Assembly: GCA_965153355.1 (NCBI GenBank)
Contig: OZ231126.1
Coordinates: forward strand, 48,980,001-49,044,000
Length of the DNA: 64,000 nucleotides
Direction of reading: 5' to 3'
Origin: Flaccisagitta enflata
Lineage: Eukaryota
A model generated the notes under the pieces. That model saw only the letters and a program-made list of their open reading frames with translations. It did no database searches and was not told the DNA's origin. Numbering within the stretch: position 1 is the stretch's first letter; the number at the start of each line of letters is the position of its first letter. Positions 24,444 to 41,811 of the stretch are shown here, one piece after another. Both the position numbers and the translations under genes were made by a program.

Positions 24444-26014
24444 GATCGGGATCGATATGTCACCGGCGAGTTTCGTTTTCGTCACGGATACGGGAAGGGA
24501 AATCCGCGAAAAATGGTGCAAACTTGGGCCGAAAAGGAGATGCGGAATTTGTCCAGGATGTATCAAGTGGGAATCCTGTGTCCCGAGCCTTTTGTCCTGC
24601 GTGGTCACGTGCTGCTCATGAATTTTCTAGGTAAGGATCTTTCATGGAGCGACATTGACCATGCGCAGATTATCTAAGATTTAGGAAAACTAGCTAGGAC
24701 TAGTAGCGAGCCGGTCCAGGATGGTGATTCTTAATGTGGCGTCACAGTCACAGTGCCTATGGTGCGTATGATCGTGGCCTGAACATATTCAGAGGTTTAC
24801 AAATGATGTTTCTAGACAAACACTCATTTCGCCAAAAAGCTCCAATCCTGTTTCCCCCCTCTTCCCTTTTTCTTCCGCAGGCACCGACGGTTGGCCGGCG
24901 CCGCTTTTAAAAGACGTAGAATTGAGCGAGGAGAAAGCCCGAGAGTTGTACCCTCAGTGCGTCCGGATGATGCGTCTCATGTTCCAGGAGGCGAAACTCG
25001 TCCACGCCGATTTGTCTGAGTTCAACATGCTCTATCACGAGGGCAAAGTTTACTTCATCGACGTCTCGCAATCTGTGGAAATGGACCATCCCAACGCCCT
25101 CGAGTTTTTGAGAAAAGACTGCAACAACGTCAACGAGTTTTTCCGTCGAAAAAACGTGGCGGTGCTGACGTTGAAGGGGTTGTTTGACTTTGTCACCGAT
25201 CCTACCATCACTAGCGACAACGTCGATCGCTATCTCGAGGAAGCGCAGGTGAGACGTGGAACTGAATCGAATTGAATTGAAAGATATTTATTGTAAATGA
25301 AATTAAAAACTGAACTGGCCGCTTGTCAATTGTGTTTCTGAATTTGTACCGTTCATCTTTGACTAGAGACTTCTAGTCCCTTTCTTCCGTTTTCCAAGGT
25401 TTTCATGATGTGATCCCACCTTTCTTTCATTCCCATTTCTTTGCAAATCAAAACTCCTCAAAATTTCTCGCCCTTTCTAGAAACGTATCGAGGCCGGTCT
25501 CGGTGACGACGCGACCAACGAGGAGCAAGTGGCCGAGGAGGTTTTCAAACGGACGTTCATCCCCCAAAAGATGGACGAAGTCATCAACTACCAGAAAGAC
25601 GCCAGACGAGCGCAAAGCGGAGAATCCGTTCAGTATCTAAGCTTCTTAGGGCTAAAAGGGGATCTGAGCGTCAACGAAAAACCGGAACTATTGGGGGAGA
25701 GTGAGGAAGAGGAGGAGCAGGAAGAGGTTTCGGAAAGGAAGAAAGATGAGCAGGCGAAGGAGAACAAGGAAGAGAGAAACGAAGAAGAATCCGAATCGGG
25801 CGATGATGATGAGAACGAAGAAGATGATGATGAAGACGATAAGGATCCCGAAAAAGCCAAAAAAGCAGCCGAGAGGAGAGACATGTCGCCGGAATCGTGG
25901 AAGCGACATAAAAAGGAACTCAAATTGGAACGGAGAGAGAAATTGAAAGATAAGATTCCCAAGCACGTGAAAAAACGAAAAGAAAAATTAGGGAAAGAGA
26001 GGAAGAAAAAGTAG
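24444..26014 (+). CDS. RIOK1: RIO kinase 1, 3' part; exons 24444-24630, 24881-25248, 25481-26014
   Basis: [58 protein letters not shown]-terminal [12 protein letters not shown]; phase-consistent GT-AG introns; N-terminal exons absent. Confidence 0.96.
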
Positions 26015-26122
26015 AATTATTCTTTTTAGCTTTTTAAGTCTTGTTTGCGCAAATTGTTTTTGTTTTGTTAACAGTTTTCTATAAAAATCAATTTGTTTTT
26101 CCTCGCTTTCTAGAGAAAAAAA

Positions 26123-26914
26123 ATGCTTAACATTCTCATTAGCATAATTCGTCATGGACAAACTGACTGTAACGCGCGCGGTGTCCTGCAAGGACAGATG
26201 GAGACATCCCTCAATTCTACGGGGCGGGAGGAGGCGGAGAAACTCGGAGCCAGACTAAAAAATCAACGCTTCACGCACATTTACTCGAGCAACTTGGAGC
26301 GAGCCGTGGATACGGCGCGCCTAGTTTTGGGGCGCAACGTCGCTACCGCCGATGAAGCCAAAGACTCGATGGTTTTCGACGCGCGTCTGCGGGAAAGAAG
26401 TTTCGGAGATTACGAAGGTAAACCCAAGGAGGAGTTGGCCGCTCGACACACGGCCGCCGCCCAGGAGAAAGACTATCCCGGCAAACGGCATTTCGTGCCG
26501 GAGAACGGGGAATCCACGGCGGAAGTGTACGCCCGCGCGCGAGAATTTCTTATCGAAATTTGTCTAGCGATCGGCAACGAGAAGAGGAAAGCCGATATTG
26601 TTGAAGATGATGATGTGTCTGTGCTAATTTCGACGCACGGCGGCGTCGCTATCGAGTTGTTCGCCTTTCTGGTGAAGGAACTTCATTGTCCTCCTCCCGA
26701 CGGTAAATCCGCGTCTAGAATGATCGCCATTCCCGGCAACACCGCCTTATCTACTTTCCGCGTTACTCTAAACCTCGAAGATGTCGTTCGAAGGGAATTG
26801 ACTGAAGTGGTGTCCAGACCGGCGTATCTTTTCGCCGACTGCGCGTGTTTGACGATCCACGATCGAAGTCATTGCGAGAATGAAGCACAAAATGAAGTTG
26901 AGAAAACCGGCTGA
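26123..26914 (+). CDS. TIGAR: TIGAR-like histidine phosphatase (fructose-2,6-bisphosphatase), intronless
   Basis: RHGQT..N, FTHIYSSNLERA, DARLRERSFG..EGK and STHGG catalytic motifs of the histidine phosphatase superfamily. Confidence 0.85.
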   Translation: MLNILISIIRHGQTDCNARGVLQGQMETSLNSTGREEAEKLGARLKNQRFTHIYSSNLERAVDTARLVLGRNVATADEAKDSMVFDARLRERSFGDYEGKPKEELAARHTAAAQEKDYPGKRHFVPENGESTAEVYARAREFLIEICLAIGNEKRKADIVEDDDVSVLISTHGGVAIELFAFLVKELHCPPPDGKSASRMIAIPGNTALSTFRVTLNLEDVVRRELTEVVSRPAYLFADCACLTIHDRSHCENEAQNEVEKTG

Positions 26915-27144
26915 CGCTGGCGAAAGCTTTGAACTTGGTATGAGTCCCCCCACTTCCATTAATTTATTTCTATGCACAACGTGTTTTGTGTCGTTCAGTT
27001 GTTTACACTTAGTTTGAGTTAATTCTTGAGTTCGCACCACCGCCTTTTATGGTGCTTAAGTCTGCCTAGGCAAAAATTTTATTTGTATCCTCTTGTTTTG
27101 CGAACTTTGGAAGTCTCAAATACACATGTCAGTAGAAATCCAAA

Positions 27145-27379
27145 GATGTCCAGTGATCTCCTCGCGACCAAACATTCCATGATCGAGAATATTTTCGAAA
27201 AAGTCCGTCGTCATTATCAAGCGCACAAATCACCAACGGCAACTCCAGACGATACTGACAAAGACTTATCTTCCAACCCAAGACCAGTACAAAATGTGAT
27301 CAGCGACGAGCTTCTCTCCGATCTCTTCTTCCTCTTTCAAACAAAATCAAGATATTGCGGACATACTAACTATAGATAA
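27145..27379 (+). CDS. possible ZSWIM7/SWS1 N-terminal fragment, truncated before the SWIM zinc finger
   Basis: MSSDLL..MIENIFEKVRRHYQ...ISDELLSDLFFLFQ recalls ZSWIM7 VVEELLSEM...IPDEYLLSLKFLFG; resemblance ends near 27340 with no donor site. Confidence 0.4.
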
Positions 27380-27755
27380 ATAGCTAGACCTTCCTTGACA
27401 CTGTTTTCCAAACAAGGACAACGGCGTCGAGACGGACGACAAATAACAAGTGACGCGGGGTCACAATATCGTTGTGTACGGGTGGGCAGGGGCGTCCATC
27501 CCCCATCCATACTCTATGTCCCACACACACATACAAAGAAAGCATCTACAACGATCGGTTTCCAACTATTCGACTTGTGCACACTTATCCAACAGACGGA
27601 CCAACGGATGGACCAACGGACCGACGGACAAAGCCTCCTATAGAGTTGCGTGCCCGCAACCAAAAACCACATCTATACTTTAAAACATTGACCATCATTA
27701 AGAAACAACGACCACTGTAAAGTTCATAGGATGTCTTATCAAATTTCCACACAAC

Positions 27756-31296
<3,541 letters not shown>

Positions 31297-32129
31297 GACG
31301 TAGTTCAATGCTTATTGTTTGTTCTTTTTAAAAAACGTTCACACTGCAAACGAATTTTTGGCGATAAATTCAATGTTTTTCCTGATTTGATTATTTTGTT
31401 GAACCAAATAAAATAGTAACTAAGAGTAAGCCAATAATAAATTTTCCGGGCACTCGAGCCACGGCCAGTTTGGCAAATCCCAAATTTAGAATTTAATGCG
31501 AATGACTCATTAACAAGGCCGGATACACGGCTACCCCAGTCGGGTGCGGGTGGGCAGGGGATAAAATTGAGGTCAGTGGAACATTTGGGAAGGAGCAATA
31601 AGGCCAAAACCCCCATTAACGCCAAAAAATAAAGCGTGACGGACCGACGGATGGACAGATAGACCGACGGACCGACGGACGGACCGATAAAGCGGGGTGT
31701 AGAGTCGCGTAGCACGCGACTAAAAAGTGATTGGATCGCACGAATTCTGATTTCGGATCCAATGAAATAAAAGAGTTCGAGCGTTTTCAATGTCATCCAG
31801 TTTGTTGGTCGGTTTGTCGGTTTGTCGGTTGTCGACCAATTCTAAAAATGCCCACATTTAACGATATTCGGCTTAACACTTGAATCTACAAAGAGGAATC
31901 AGAAAGTAGAAAAAGAAGAGCAAATAATAAAGAGAAGTTTTTTTTCTCTATTTCCTTCTCCAAATTTGGCGAAAAAAAAAAGAAATTGAATTTGTGCGAG
32001 CAAAGACGAAGATTAAGGAGAAAATCAATTTTGTTGATTGTAGGCAGAAAGAATGGCGTGGCTGTGTGGAGAAAGCCAACGAGTTTCATTTCAACTTGTA
32101 GTTATAGAGTGCATGTTTTAAACAGACGT

Positions 32130-32184
32130 TGACGTCATAGCAGTTTGTATCAACGCCGCCTCTTCCCTTGGTCACCGCAGCAAC
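32130..32184. promoter_or_regulatory. CRE palindrome (TGACGTCA) plus X-box-like site upstream of GULP1
   Basis: TGACGTCA at 32130-32137; GTCACCGCAGCAAC at 32171-32184 fits GTNRCC(N0-3)RGYAAC; about 850 bp upstream of the GULP1 ATG. Confidence 0.3.
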
Positions 32185-34326
32185 GCCCCTGTCCATGACA
32201 CAGCGGGAAATCATGAATCAGGTCTCAGTGCATTGTCCGACGGCAAAGAAAGATCACCTATCTAATCTTCCAGCTCCCCCTTTTAAGAATTTTTAGTTGC
32301 GGTCACGCAACTCTATAAGAGGCTTTGTCCGTCCGTCCGTCCGTCCGTCCGTCCGTCCGTCCGTCCGTCCGTCCGTCCGTCCGTCCGTCCGTCCGTCCGT
32401 CCGTCCATCGGTCCGTCTGTGGTGATCGAGTTGGAAAGTGTGAGAACCCGCATTTCCGCCCCTGCCCACCCGTCCGCAACTGGTATTGGCCAGGTATCCG
32501 GCCTTGTTGAATCTTTGTCGATTGTACTTTTTTAATTTTTTATTTCCGCTTGTTTAAAAGAATTATCTTCTTCTGCCGATCTTATCAGGCTTTACAAAAA
32601 CACGAAGCCTTGTTCAAACTCATTTTACGAAGAATGGCATTGAGCTGATTAAAAACAATACCGGGTCGCGTTACACGGTTTCAGAAATTGTAAAGAATGG
32701 CTGTCTTAAAATGAATGTATACATAAGCTAGAAATTCATTAATATTTAGGTTTTTTTTTAGAAATCTATCAACTTTTAGTTTAACTAGACAGTGTCAACA
32801 CTGATCTGGAAAGTTGGTCTTTCGTCCAAGCTATTGTTTGAAAGAACTACAAGAAATACTTTTTAATGATTTATTGTATTACAGTTTTAGATCAAATCAA
32901 AACAAACAAAATGTATTGATACTTCATTGTTTATCCTAAACTACCAATATTTTTTTTTTTATTCGAACACCCGGTAAAGTAGGAATTGGTGTTTTTCAGT
33001 CGCGGACTCGCGATTCATGAAGTGACTTTTTCCATCAGTCGCCCTTGCCCCCCATCTCAGGCAACTAATCATCCTTCCCATGCCTGAAATAAGCCCTCTC
33101 AAGCCTGAAATTTTATCCCTCAGACTTGGAATCCGCCTCTTCTATAACAAATAGTCCTCTAAGGCTTCTCAGGCCCAGGTAGTCTAATTAGCCATTAAAG
33201 CCAGTATGTCACCTCTCTAAGGTCTCAAATGAGCCTTTTTAGGACATTTGGAAATTCATTCAACTTTTTAAGGACATTTGGAAATTCATTCCAGGACTTC
33301 GGCCTTTTGGCGCCGCTGCCCAACTCTCGCTCCACTTCTTTAGATGATCAGTGCAAGCAGGGCATCGGTACGCATGAGTTTACATTCTTGGCCTTGTTAA
33401 ACAAAGAAGAAAAATCGTGCATTCGTTCGTTTCTCCTTAAGTTCAATGAATTTGTTTTAATCTGATTTTAAAACCTTATTTGACTAATTTCTTCCTGTTT
33501 CGAGCATGGTTATGTAAATTTCTTGGCCAAGACAACGCATGCCTGCGACGGTGCGAGTTATGCGACTAAAAGAAGTCGTGCAGTCAATTGATTTGCACGC
33601 GAAATCAATCGTGTGCTTGCGGTTCTACATAACTTAATATATATGTCATATCAGTCAGACGATCAGTCGTTTGGTTTGTCATGTCAGTCTGCAACACTTT
33701 GCTTTTCCTCTCTTTTTTGGGGGGGACTGTGAGCAGTTTTTTGTATCACAGCCCCTACCTATTTACCAATACGGTTTTGCCTCACTGCCCCTGACCCTGC
33801 CCTCCGCGCGCGACTTGTTTTTAAAATAAAACATCACACATAATGTGATTATGAATAACACAAACAAAACTTGAAAATTGTAAAACGCTTTGTCCCCCAG
33901 CCTTTAAAGTATTCATAGCCTCAGAGGCCTTACCATACGCAAGATGTCGAAAAGAAAGAAAGAAAAGTCGCCGATAAATACCGAATGGTAATGGTGGAAA
34001 GTGAAAATATTTTGTTGCCGGTACGAAAATCTGGAGACAATAGGGTGAAAAAAAAAGGAAACCGGCAGTGACGTTAGCCTTGCAATGCGAGTGACGACGA
34101 TGGAAAAGGGGAATCGCGGCGGCCGAAAATAAACGCCGACCGAAAACTTTGCCGACCCGCAATGACGACCGGAAACGGCATCGGTCGGAAATGACGCCGA
34201 TCAAAAGCGGTAGCGGTCGGAAATGACGCCGACCGGTAGCGGCATCGGTCGGAAATGACGCCGATCAGAAGCGGTAGCGGTCGGCAATATTGTTTCGAAG
34301 AACCCACAACAGCTGTGATCACGCAA

Positions 34327-34385
<59 letters not shown>

Positions 34386-35108
34386 AACTAGACAGTAACG
34401 GGACACCAGAGTCAGAAAGAGACTAAAAGAAAGAGACAGAGTGTCGGAAAGACAGAGATTGAATAGGCGAAACTTTCATCAGGCTGTTAAGCAGAATGAC
34501 AGACACAGACCGCTTATAGGAATAGTGTGAGACTAGACTAAGTTTGGAATCGTTGGTCAAGATGTTGCTTTTTTTCTAGTATTTTTTTTCGATGTGAGAG
34601 ATATCTTGATAAAGAGATTGTCTTCGCTTGAAAGGGACAGCAACTACTACTCTCTGACGATCTCTCACTGGTTCTAAAGGTCGCTTCTTCTCTTTTTCAG
34701 TTTTCTCATTTAATCAAATTTTCTTATCTTCAGGTTTTTTTTTCTTTTCCCATTCTTTCTGTTTTTCTTTTTTCCCATTTTCGTCATCTTTTTTAAGTAT
34801 CTCACTCGTCCTGGCTTTTTTTCTCAATCTTTCTTTATTCTTTCTTTTCTATAATGTTTTTTCTTTCGTTCTCATCATTTTTGTCAGTTTTTTTTTCTCT
34901 ATTTTCTCTCTTTCTTTCCTGATTTCGTCCTTTCTTTCTTTCTAATTTCTTCTACCCTTCTTTTGCCCCCAGCTTCTGTTTTTTCCTCTTGTTTCTATCG
35001 GTCAGTTTGTCATTTACAATTTCAGTGTGTCTGTCTGTTTGTTTGTTTGTTTGAGGGTTTGCCGGTTCGTCAGTACATTTGTCTGTCTGTTCTTCTCTGG
35101 CCTTTCGT

Positions 35109-35201
<93 letters not shown>

Positions 35202-35369
35202 TTTTCTCCCGAAAATGGAAGAATAAAGAAGAGGTTTCAAAGGTTTCTTTTAAATCTCTTTATATTAGTTAAAGATCCTTTCTTTGCGTTCAAAAAGTTT
35301 TTGTGTGTTCCGTCGTGTTTATTTGTTCATTCATCCCGCAACCTAGGGAAATGAGAGAGGAAGAGAGAG

Positions 35370-35445
<76 letters not shown>

Positions 35446-36209
35446 GTACTCGATTGCTCAAAGAATTCGTTGATTATTGAGAAACTGCACATTCCTGTCC
35501 TCCTGGTTGTTTTCCTACTCTTTTACTTTCTTACCCCCCGACCAACAGCGTTCTTTCCCTTTTAAGGCAGCGGCCTGGACGACGATCAGTTTGATGAAGA
35601 ATGATCTTGTGAATACGTTTTCAACCCTTTTAAAACCCTTTTAAACACCTTAATCCCTCTTTCAATTTTAAAAATTTTTAACTGTCGGTGCTTTATGCAT
35701 TCATTCGACGATCAACCCGGCGTATGTTTTCGGCTACATGACCTTATTTGACATGCTCAGCCTCAGGGCGTTTCATTCCTCCACGTAAAGTCGACATTCG
35801 CGTCCTCACTTGACAGTGCGAAGGGAAAAGGACGGACTGAACTCACAGTTACGGTCTTACGCACCGACCTATTGGGTCGACGCCGAGAGTAGAGCTCTGA
35901 ACCAGTCTCTTGAGTTGCGTTGGTAATTCTGAAAATGTCTACGTTCGGCTAAAATTTATGTTTTCATTACTTTGTTTGTAAAAATGGTTTATTTACTTAA
36001 CTTGACTCAAAGAAAAAAATCTCGGAGAAAACAAGCTGAAATTAAGGACGAGGGAAATAAAGAATTATTTTACACAGCTCTGTTACTCTTTTTAGTCGCG
36101 GCCTAGCGACTCTATAAGAAGCATTTGTTAGTTCCCGTCCGTCCCTCCATGATGCTCGAGTGGGAAAGTGGGAAATAGCGCATTTTATGTTTATTTCTAT
36201 TTCCTTTTG

Positions 36210-36271
<62 letters not shown>

Positions 36272-38631
36272 TTTTTTTTCTTTTTTTTTTCTTTTTCCTT
36301 TTCCTTTTCCTTTTCCTTTTTCTTCTTCCTTTTCTTTTTCTTGTCTTTTTCTTTTGTTTTCCTTTTTTTTCTTTTGTTTATCTGTTGTTTTCTTTCCTTT
36401 TCCTTTTTCTTTTTCTTTTTCTTTTCTTTTTTCTCATTTCCTCCCTATTTTTTTGCCTTTCTTTTTCTTTACTGATTTTTTTTCTTTTTCTTTATCTCTT
36501 TTTTTTCTCTCTCTCTCTTTCTCTTTCTTTATTTTTTTCTCTTTTCTTTGTCTTTTTGTTACTCTTCTTTTTTTTTTTACATTTTATAAAGTTATAAAGT
36601 TTATAAAGTTTTACACTGACTTTTTCTTGAGTTGGTAAAAAAACGCAAGGCAGTAACTTGGAAGGATGAAGAGGAAGCGATAGAGTAAACAAGCCTGATC
36701 AGGCAACGATGCGTCCTGATTGTGTCACTGCGTGGAGTGATCTGCGCGCTGAGAATGTGTGATTTATGGGAGGGGATTGATGGACAGAGACTCTTCCTAG
36801 AAAGGAGCCACTAAAAACACGTTAATCATCATTTGATCCATTGTGAGATCTTGCCGAGGCTGAAAAGAGCCACGAAATGCAAATTTTGCACAGGCGTAAT
36901 AGATGGACCGATGGATCGACGGACCGACGAACAGACATACGGACACCGGTCCCTTTGGGGCCGCCGCTCAAAAGGGAGAAAATGTACATTCAAAAATGTG
37001 TAGGCTATTTTCACGCTGTGATGAGACTTAACAGTAATTAGAACGTGTTCTAATGACCCTGTGAACTCGTCCAGTTGAGATGAAGAGAACGAGGACGGAG
37101 AGAAAAAGCAGGATGCGGTTTCAAGAAAGAAAAACACTCTCCATCTGCTCCGCTTTAAATACCCCCATCAACCGACCCTAGATCGAGTATCAACGAACCC
37201 CCGAAACTTGGGCCAGCTCTGTGCTCTAAAGCGGTTGATTCACTTCCCTCCTCCACCTACCCGTCTCCCTCTCCCCCCTTCCCCCCTCTCCCATTACACT
37301 GTCCTCGTTGAATGATCAAGTGACGTGGGGTCACAATATCGTTGCGGACGGGTGGGCAGGGGCATCCAACCCCCATCCACACCCCAACCCACCTCCCACA
37401 CTCAAACATACACAAAAAGTATCTAAAGCGCTCATTTTCCCACTTTTCAACTCAATGACCCCCGACGGACCAACGGACCAATGGACGGACCAAGCCTCTT
37501 ATAGAGTTGCGCGTCCGCAACTCAAAATACCGGACTTACGGCGCCCTCAACAACTAGAAGGGATTGTTTGATCATATATTTTTTTCAATGAAGCAATGTT
37601 GTTCCAAGTCATATATTTTAAGTCTCTGTGAATTGCGCAACATTAGAATACGTTTTGTTACTATTAGTATACTAAATGCATGACGAATTTGTTATTGATG
37701 GAATACAATGCAAATGTTTTTTACAACACCATCAACCACTTAGCTTAAATTGCTACTAACATTAACATCTCACAATGCTTCAAATCTATCTAAAACAATA
37801 CCATCGCCGCTTTCATGGAAGACTGCCAACTCACTTTCATCGGAACCCCCCCCCCCGGCCCCAATCCTTCACCTATCTCCAACCCCAGAACCGAGCACCG
37901 TTGGCGTTCTCTCCCCCCCCCCCCCGTTCCCTCTCATCTTTTTCCTCGTAGCATTAATCAATCCAATGTCAGTCATTTTAAAAAGTAACCAGCACGGTTA
38001 TAAATGCTTCTTAACGAAGGTTGATGGAAAAGATGTGAGCGGTTTGCTTCAAGACCGAAGACAGTTCAATTGAAAAATGACTTGATAATATCACTAGACT
38101 ATGAATGCCACGCTGGATGATGACTCGCATAGTTAACCACCTCCCTCCTCCGACTTTGTACCCACTAGTAAAGGCAATTTGATACAATTTCTCTTTGTTA
38201 GACGCAATCACGCAGTCGGCCCGTCATTCGGTAGAGCCTTCGGTTTGTCGCTCCATCATTCGGTTTGAAAATTAGAAATTTTTACTCGCTTATGCTTTTG
38301 AAAACACTGCCCCAGTTCTGCCCATGCCCAACAATGTAACAACTACAACAACAACAACCGACGCCTAGGTTTCAATCAACATGACACGTGGCACAGTTAA
38401 GACATTCGATAGTTTACTTGATGTCATGACCTTGACCCCATCAAAATGTTGCATAATTCTACAGGGCGTACTACCTCGTTTTAGGTGGAGTGCGATTTCC
38501 TCTTTTGGCATCAAATTCTATTACACGAGCTGAACAACTCTAGCGGTAGGAGCCATGGATGTAGGGGAGCACCAAAATTTGCCACATAAACCTAGCATTC
38601 CAAGACCGAGTGAGGTTCAAGACCAACTTAA

Positions 38632-41058
38632 CCTTGGCGTCATAAAAAAATGGCGGATTTTTAAAACCTATTTTAACAAACTTAATTTGAGAGAAACTAA
38701 GGAAAATTGGTGATGTCTAGAAAGCTCTTCCAAAGATCTTTCATTTGAGTTGTGTTGCAACATTGTCGCTCAAATGGTTTAGACGCTACACCAATTTGAA
38801 AAACACTTCTCTTTTTTCACCCTTACGGTGTGTCAGCGATCATAACTTAAACATAATCTCTTAAAAATTGTACTTAACCTTATCCGATTAAGATGAAATT
38901 TGATGTAGTGGTACAACATATCTGCCTTTAACAGCTCCAAAAATTTCATCCAAAACGGACAACTTTTACTATCATTTTCACCATGCGAAAGATTTTAATG
39001 TTGGTTTGCAAAACTGTGGTTTGAAAGAATCAGTGATTGGATTTTATTGAGCGTTTTGTTCATGAATATATGGTTAGAATTGTGAAAAATCTATGACAGT
39101 TTTAGAGTGCTTTCAAAGTTCTATATTTAGGGCCCTCTCCCATAGAAGTAAACTGGGTGTGAGCTCAAATAATTCAGAAATAAGCAAGTTTTTTTTTTAA
39201 ATTGCATCATTTTTCAAGAATTTGGATGAGGGTTAGTAAAGGAACATGCAAAAACCATAGTAAAAAATTTCCGATTCTCACAAAAATTGAACCAGTATAA
39301 GTAGACACACAGTTTAGACATCACTGAAAATTTGAAGGCAATCGGACAAAATCTTCTATCATTTTGGTAATAATGAAATTATAAGCAGACTTTTTTTAAT
39401 GACACACCGTCAAAGTAAACAAGGCCAACACCTATAAGTCGCGTGCGAGACTTACTTAATTACGTAATCGCCTAATTGTATGAGTACGTTATTTCCTGTA
39501 TTGACGATAACAACTATAACTTCCTATTGACCTATAATTGCCTATAATGTCCTATAATTACCTATAATAACCTATAATTACCTATAATTACCCATACTTA
39601 AATAATGACCTATAAGTACCTATAAAGACCTATAATTACCTTTTATTACATTTGGACCAATAATTACCTATAATGATATATGATTACCAATTATTACCTG
39701 TAATAACATAATGACCTATAATTACCCATAATGACCTATGATTACCTATAATTACCTATAATTACCCATAATTAAATACTGACCTATAAGTACCTATAAA
39801 GACCTATGATCACCTATGATTACATATGGACCAATAATTACCTATAATGACTTATTATTACCCATAATTACCCATAATTACCTATAATAACATAATGACC
39901 TATAATTACCTATAATGACCTTTGATTACTTATAACTACCTATAATTACATAATGACCTATAATTACCTTTAATGACCTTTGATCACCTATAATTACATA
40001 ATGACCTATAATTACCTATAAATACCTATAATGACCTATAATTTCCTATAATTACCTTTATTTACCTATGATTATATACTGACCTATAATTACCAAAAAT
40101 GACCTACAATTGCATAATAATCTATAATTACCCTTAATGACCTATAATTACCTATAATTACATAATGACCTATAATAACCTATAATGACCTATGATTACC
40201 TATAATGACCTATGATTACCTATAATTGCATAATAACCTATGATTACCTATGATTACCAAAATTGCATAATGACCTATAATTACCTATAACGACTATACT
40301 ACGCGAATTTAGAAAATGACTGATATGATATGAAATGACTTTAATTGACTTAAATTGACTTATACTGACTTATACTGACTTAAATTGACTTAAAATGAGT
40401 TAGAATGACTTGAATTTACCTGAAATGACTTGAATATACCAAAAATGAGTTAAATTGACTTAAAATGACCAAAATTGACTTAAACAAACTAAAATTCAAA
40501 AATGACATAAAATGACTTAAATTGACCTATACTGCCTTTAATTGACTTATACTGAGTTAAACTGACTTAAATTGACTTGAATTTACTTAAAATGACTTAA
40601 AATGACCTAGATTGACTTAAATTGACTAAAATTCAATAATGACTCAAATGACTTAATTTGACTTAAAGTGACTTAAAATGACTTAAAATGACTTAAAATG
40701 ATCTAATTTGACTCAAAATCACTTAATTGACTTGAAATGACTTGATAGGAATAAAACGAATAAAAAAAGTAAAATGGGGACCGACCGACCAACCGACCGA
40801 CCGACCAACCGACCGACCGACCGACCGACCGACCGACGGACAAAGCGGGGTATAGAGTCGCGTGCACGCGACTAAAAAATAGAGGTTTTGTTTAAATCAC
40901 TCTAATTTCTAAACGGTTTGAGCTACTATGTCCAGACACGACTCAAATGAAAGATCTTTCAAAGAGCTTTCCAATCATCACCAATTTTTCTTAGTTTCTC
41001 TTGAATTAAGATGGTTAAAATAGGTTTTAAAAATCCGCCATTTTTTATGACGCCAAGG
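38632..41058. mobile_element. piggyBac-like non-autonomous element with nested HINE-like insertion
   Basis: TTAA-CCTTGGCGTCATAAAAAAATGGCGG ... CCGCCATTTTTTATGACGCCAAGG-TTAT; inverted arms of roughly 150 bp. Confidence 0.75.
39418..40877 (-). mobile_element. HINE-like element expanded by 11-bp (ATTACCTATAA) and 10-bp (AAATGACTTA) minisatellites
   Basis: Same ends as the 200-bp copy at 22607-22808 (aacaaggccaacacctataagtcgcgtgc ... agtcgcgtgcacgcgactaaaa). Confidence 0.8.
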
Positions 41059-41811
41059 TTATGAAAAAAATGAAAATTAAAAAAAAAATGAAACTTTCTA
41101 CTTTTTGCATCATTCATGATTGAAATCTCTCATCTAAAAGTTTTAAGGTGCGACCAAGTACCTCTATAACTGGCTGTGTCCATCAATTGGTTGGTCAGTC
41201 GGTCGGTCGATCTGTTGGTTGGGTAACGCATTTGTTTGACAATCCACATGTTGTTGGCCCACTCACACTCAATTACTGTCTCTAAGTCGATGTACTGTTG
41301 AATAAAGCGGTGAATTTCCATTTGTCTGGGGAAGAGGTAGGGGGAGAGGGAGAGGGTTGATGGCTTGAGAGGGCTGATTTAACGCCACAGAAGGTTGATT
41401 CTGGGCTTCAGAGACTGAATTCAGGCCTCAGTGGTCTGGATTAGAGCTTCAGCACGACAGAGCTGATCTCTGACTCAGAATTGACGGAGTTGACTCCAAT
41501 CCTGTAAAGGCTGTGTTCAGCACTGTGAGGACTAAAATCAGTTTTCACAAAATGGGCGGATAACCATTAACACAGTTGATAAATTCAGTACAATTTTAAA
41601 TATCATCAGTATTTATGGGTATGTGTTCAATTTGATATTGCGATGTAAAAAACGTTACTAGACTAAACCATTTTAACCCAATGCTGTCAATTGTGGTCAT
41701 GATTAGGTTAAATCTTTATGAAAATCTTGGATAAAAATTAATGGATTTTGGACCTATCACTCCTGGAATAACTGCCCTCAATTTCTGCCCATACTTCCTT
41801 TTATGCGAAAC

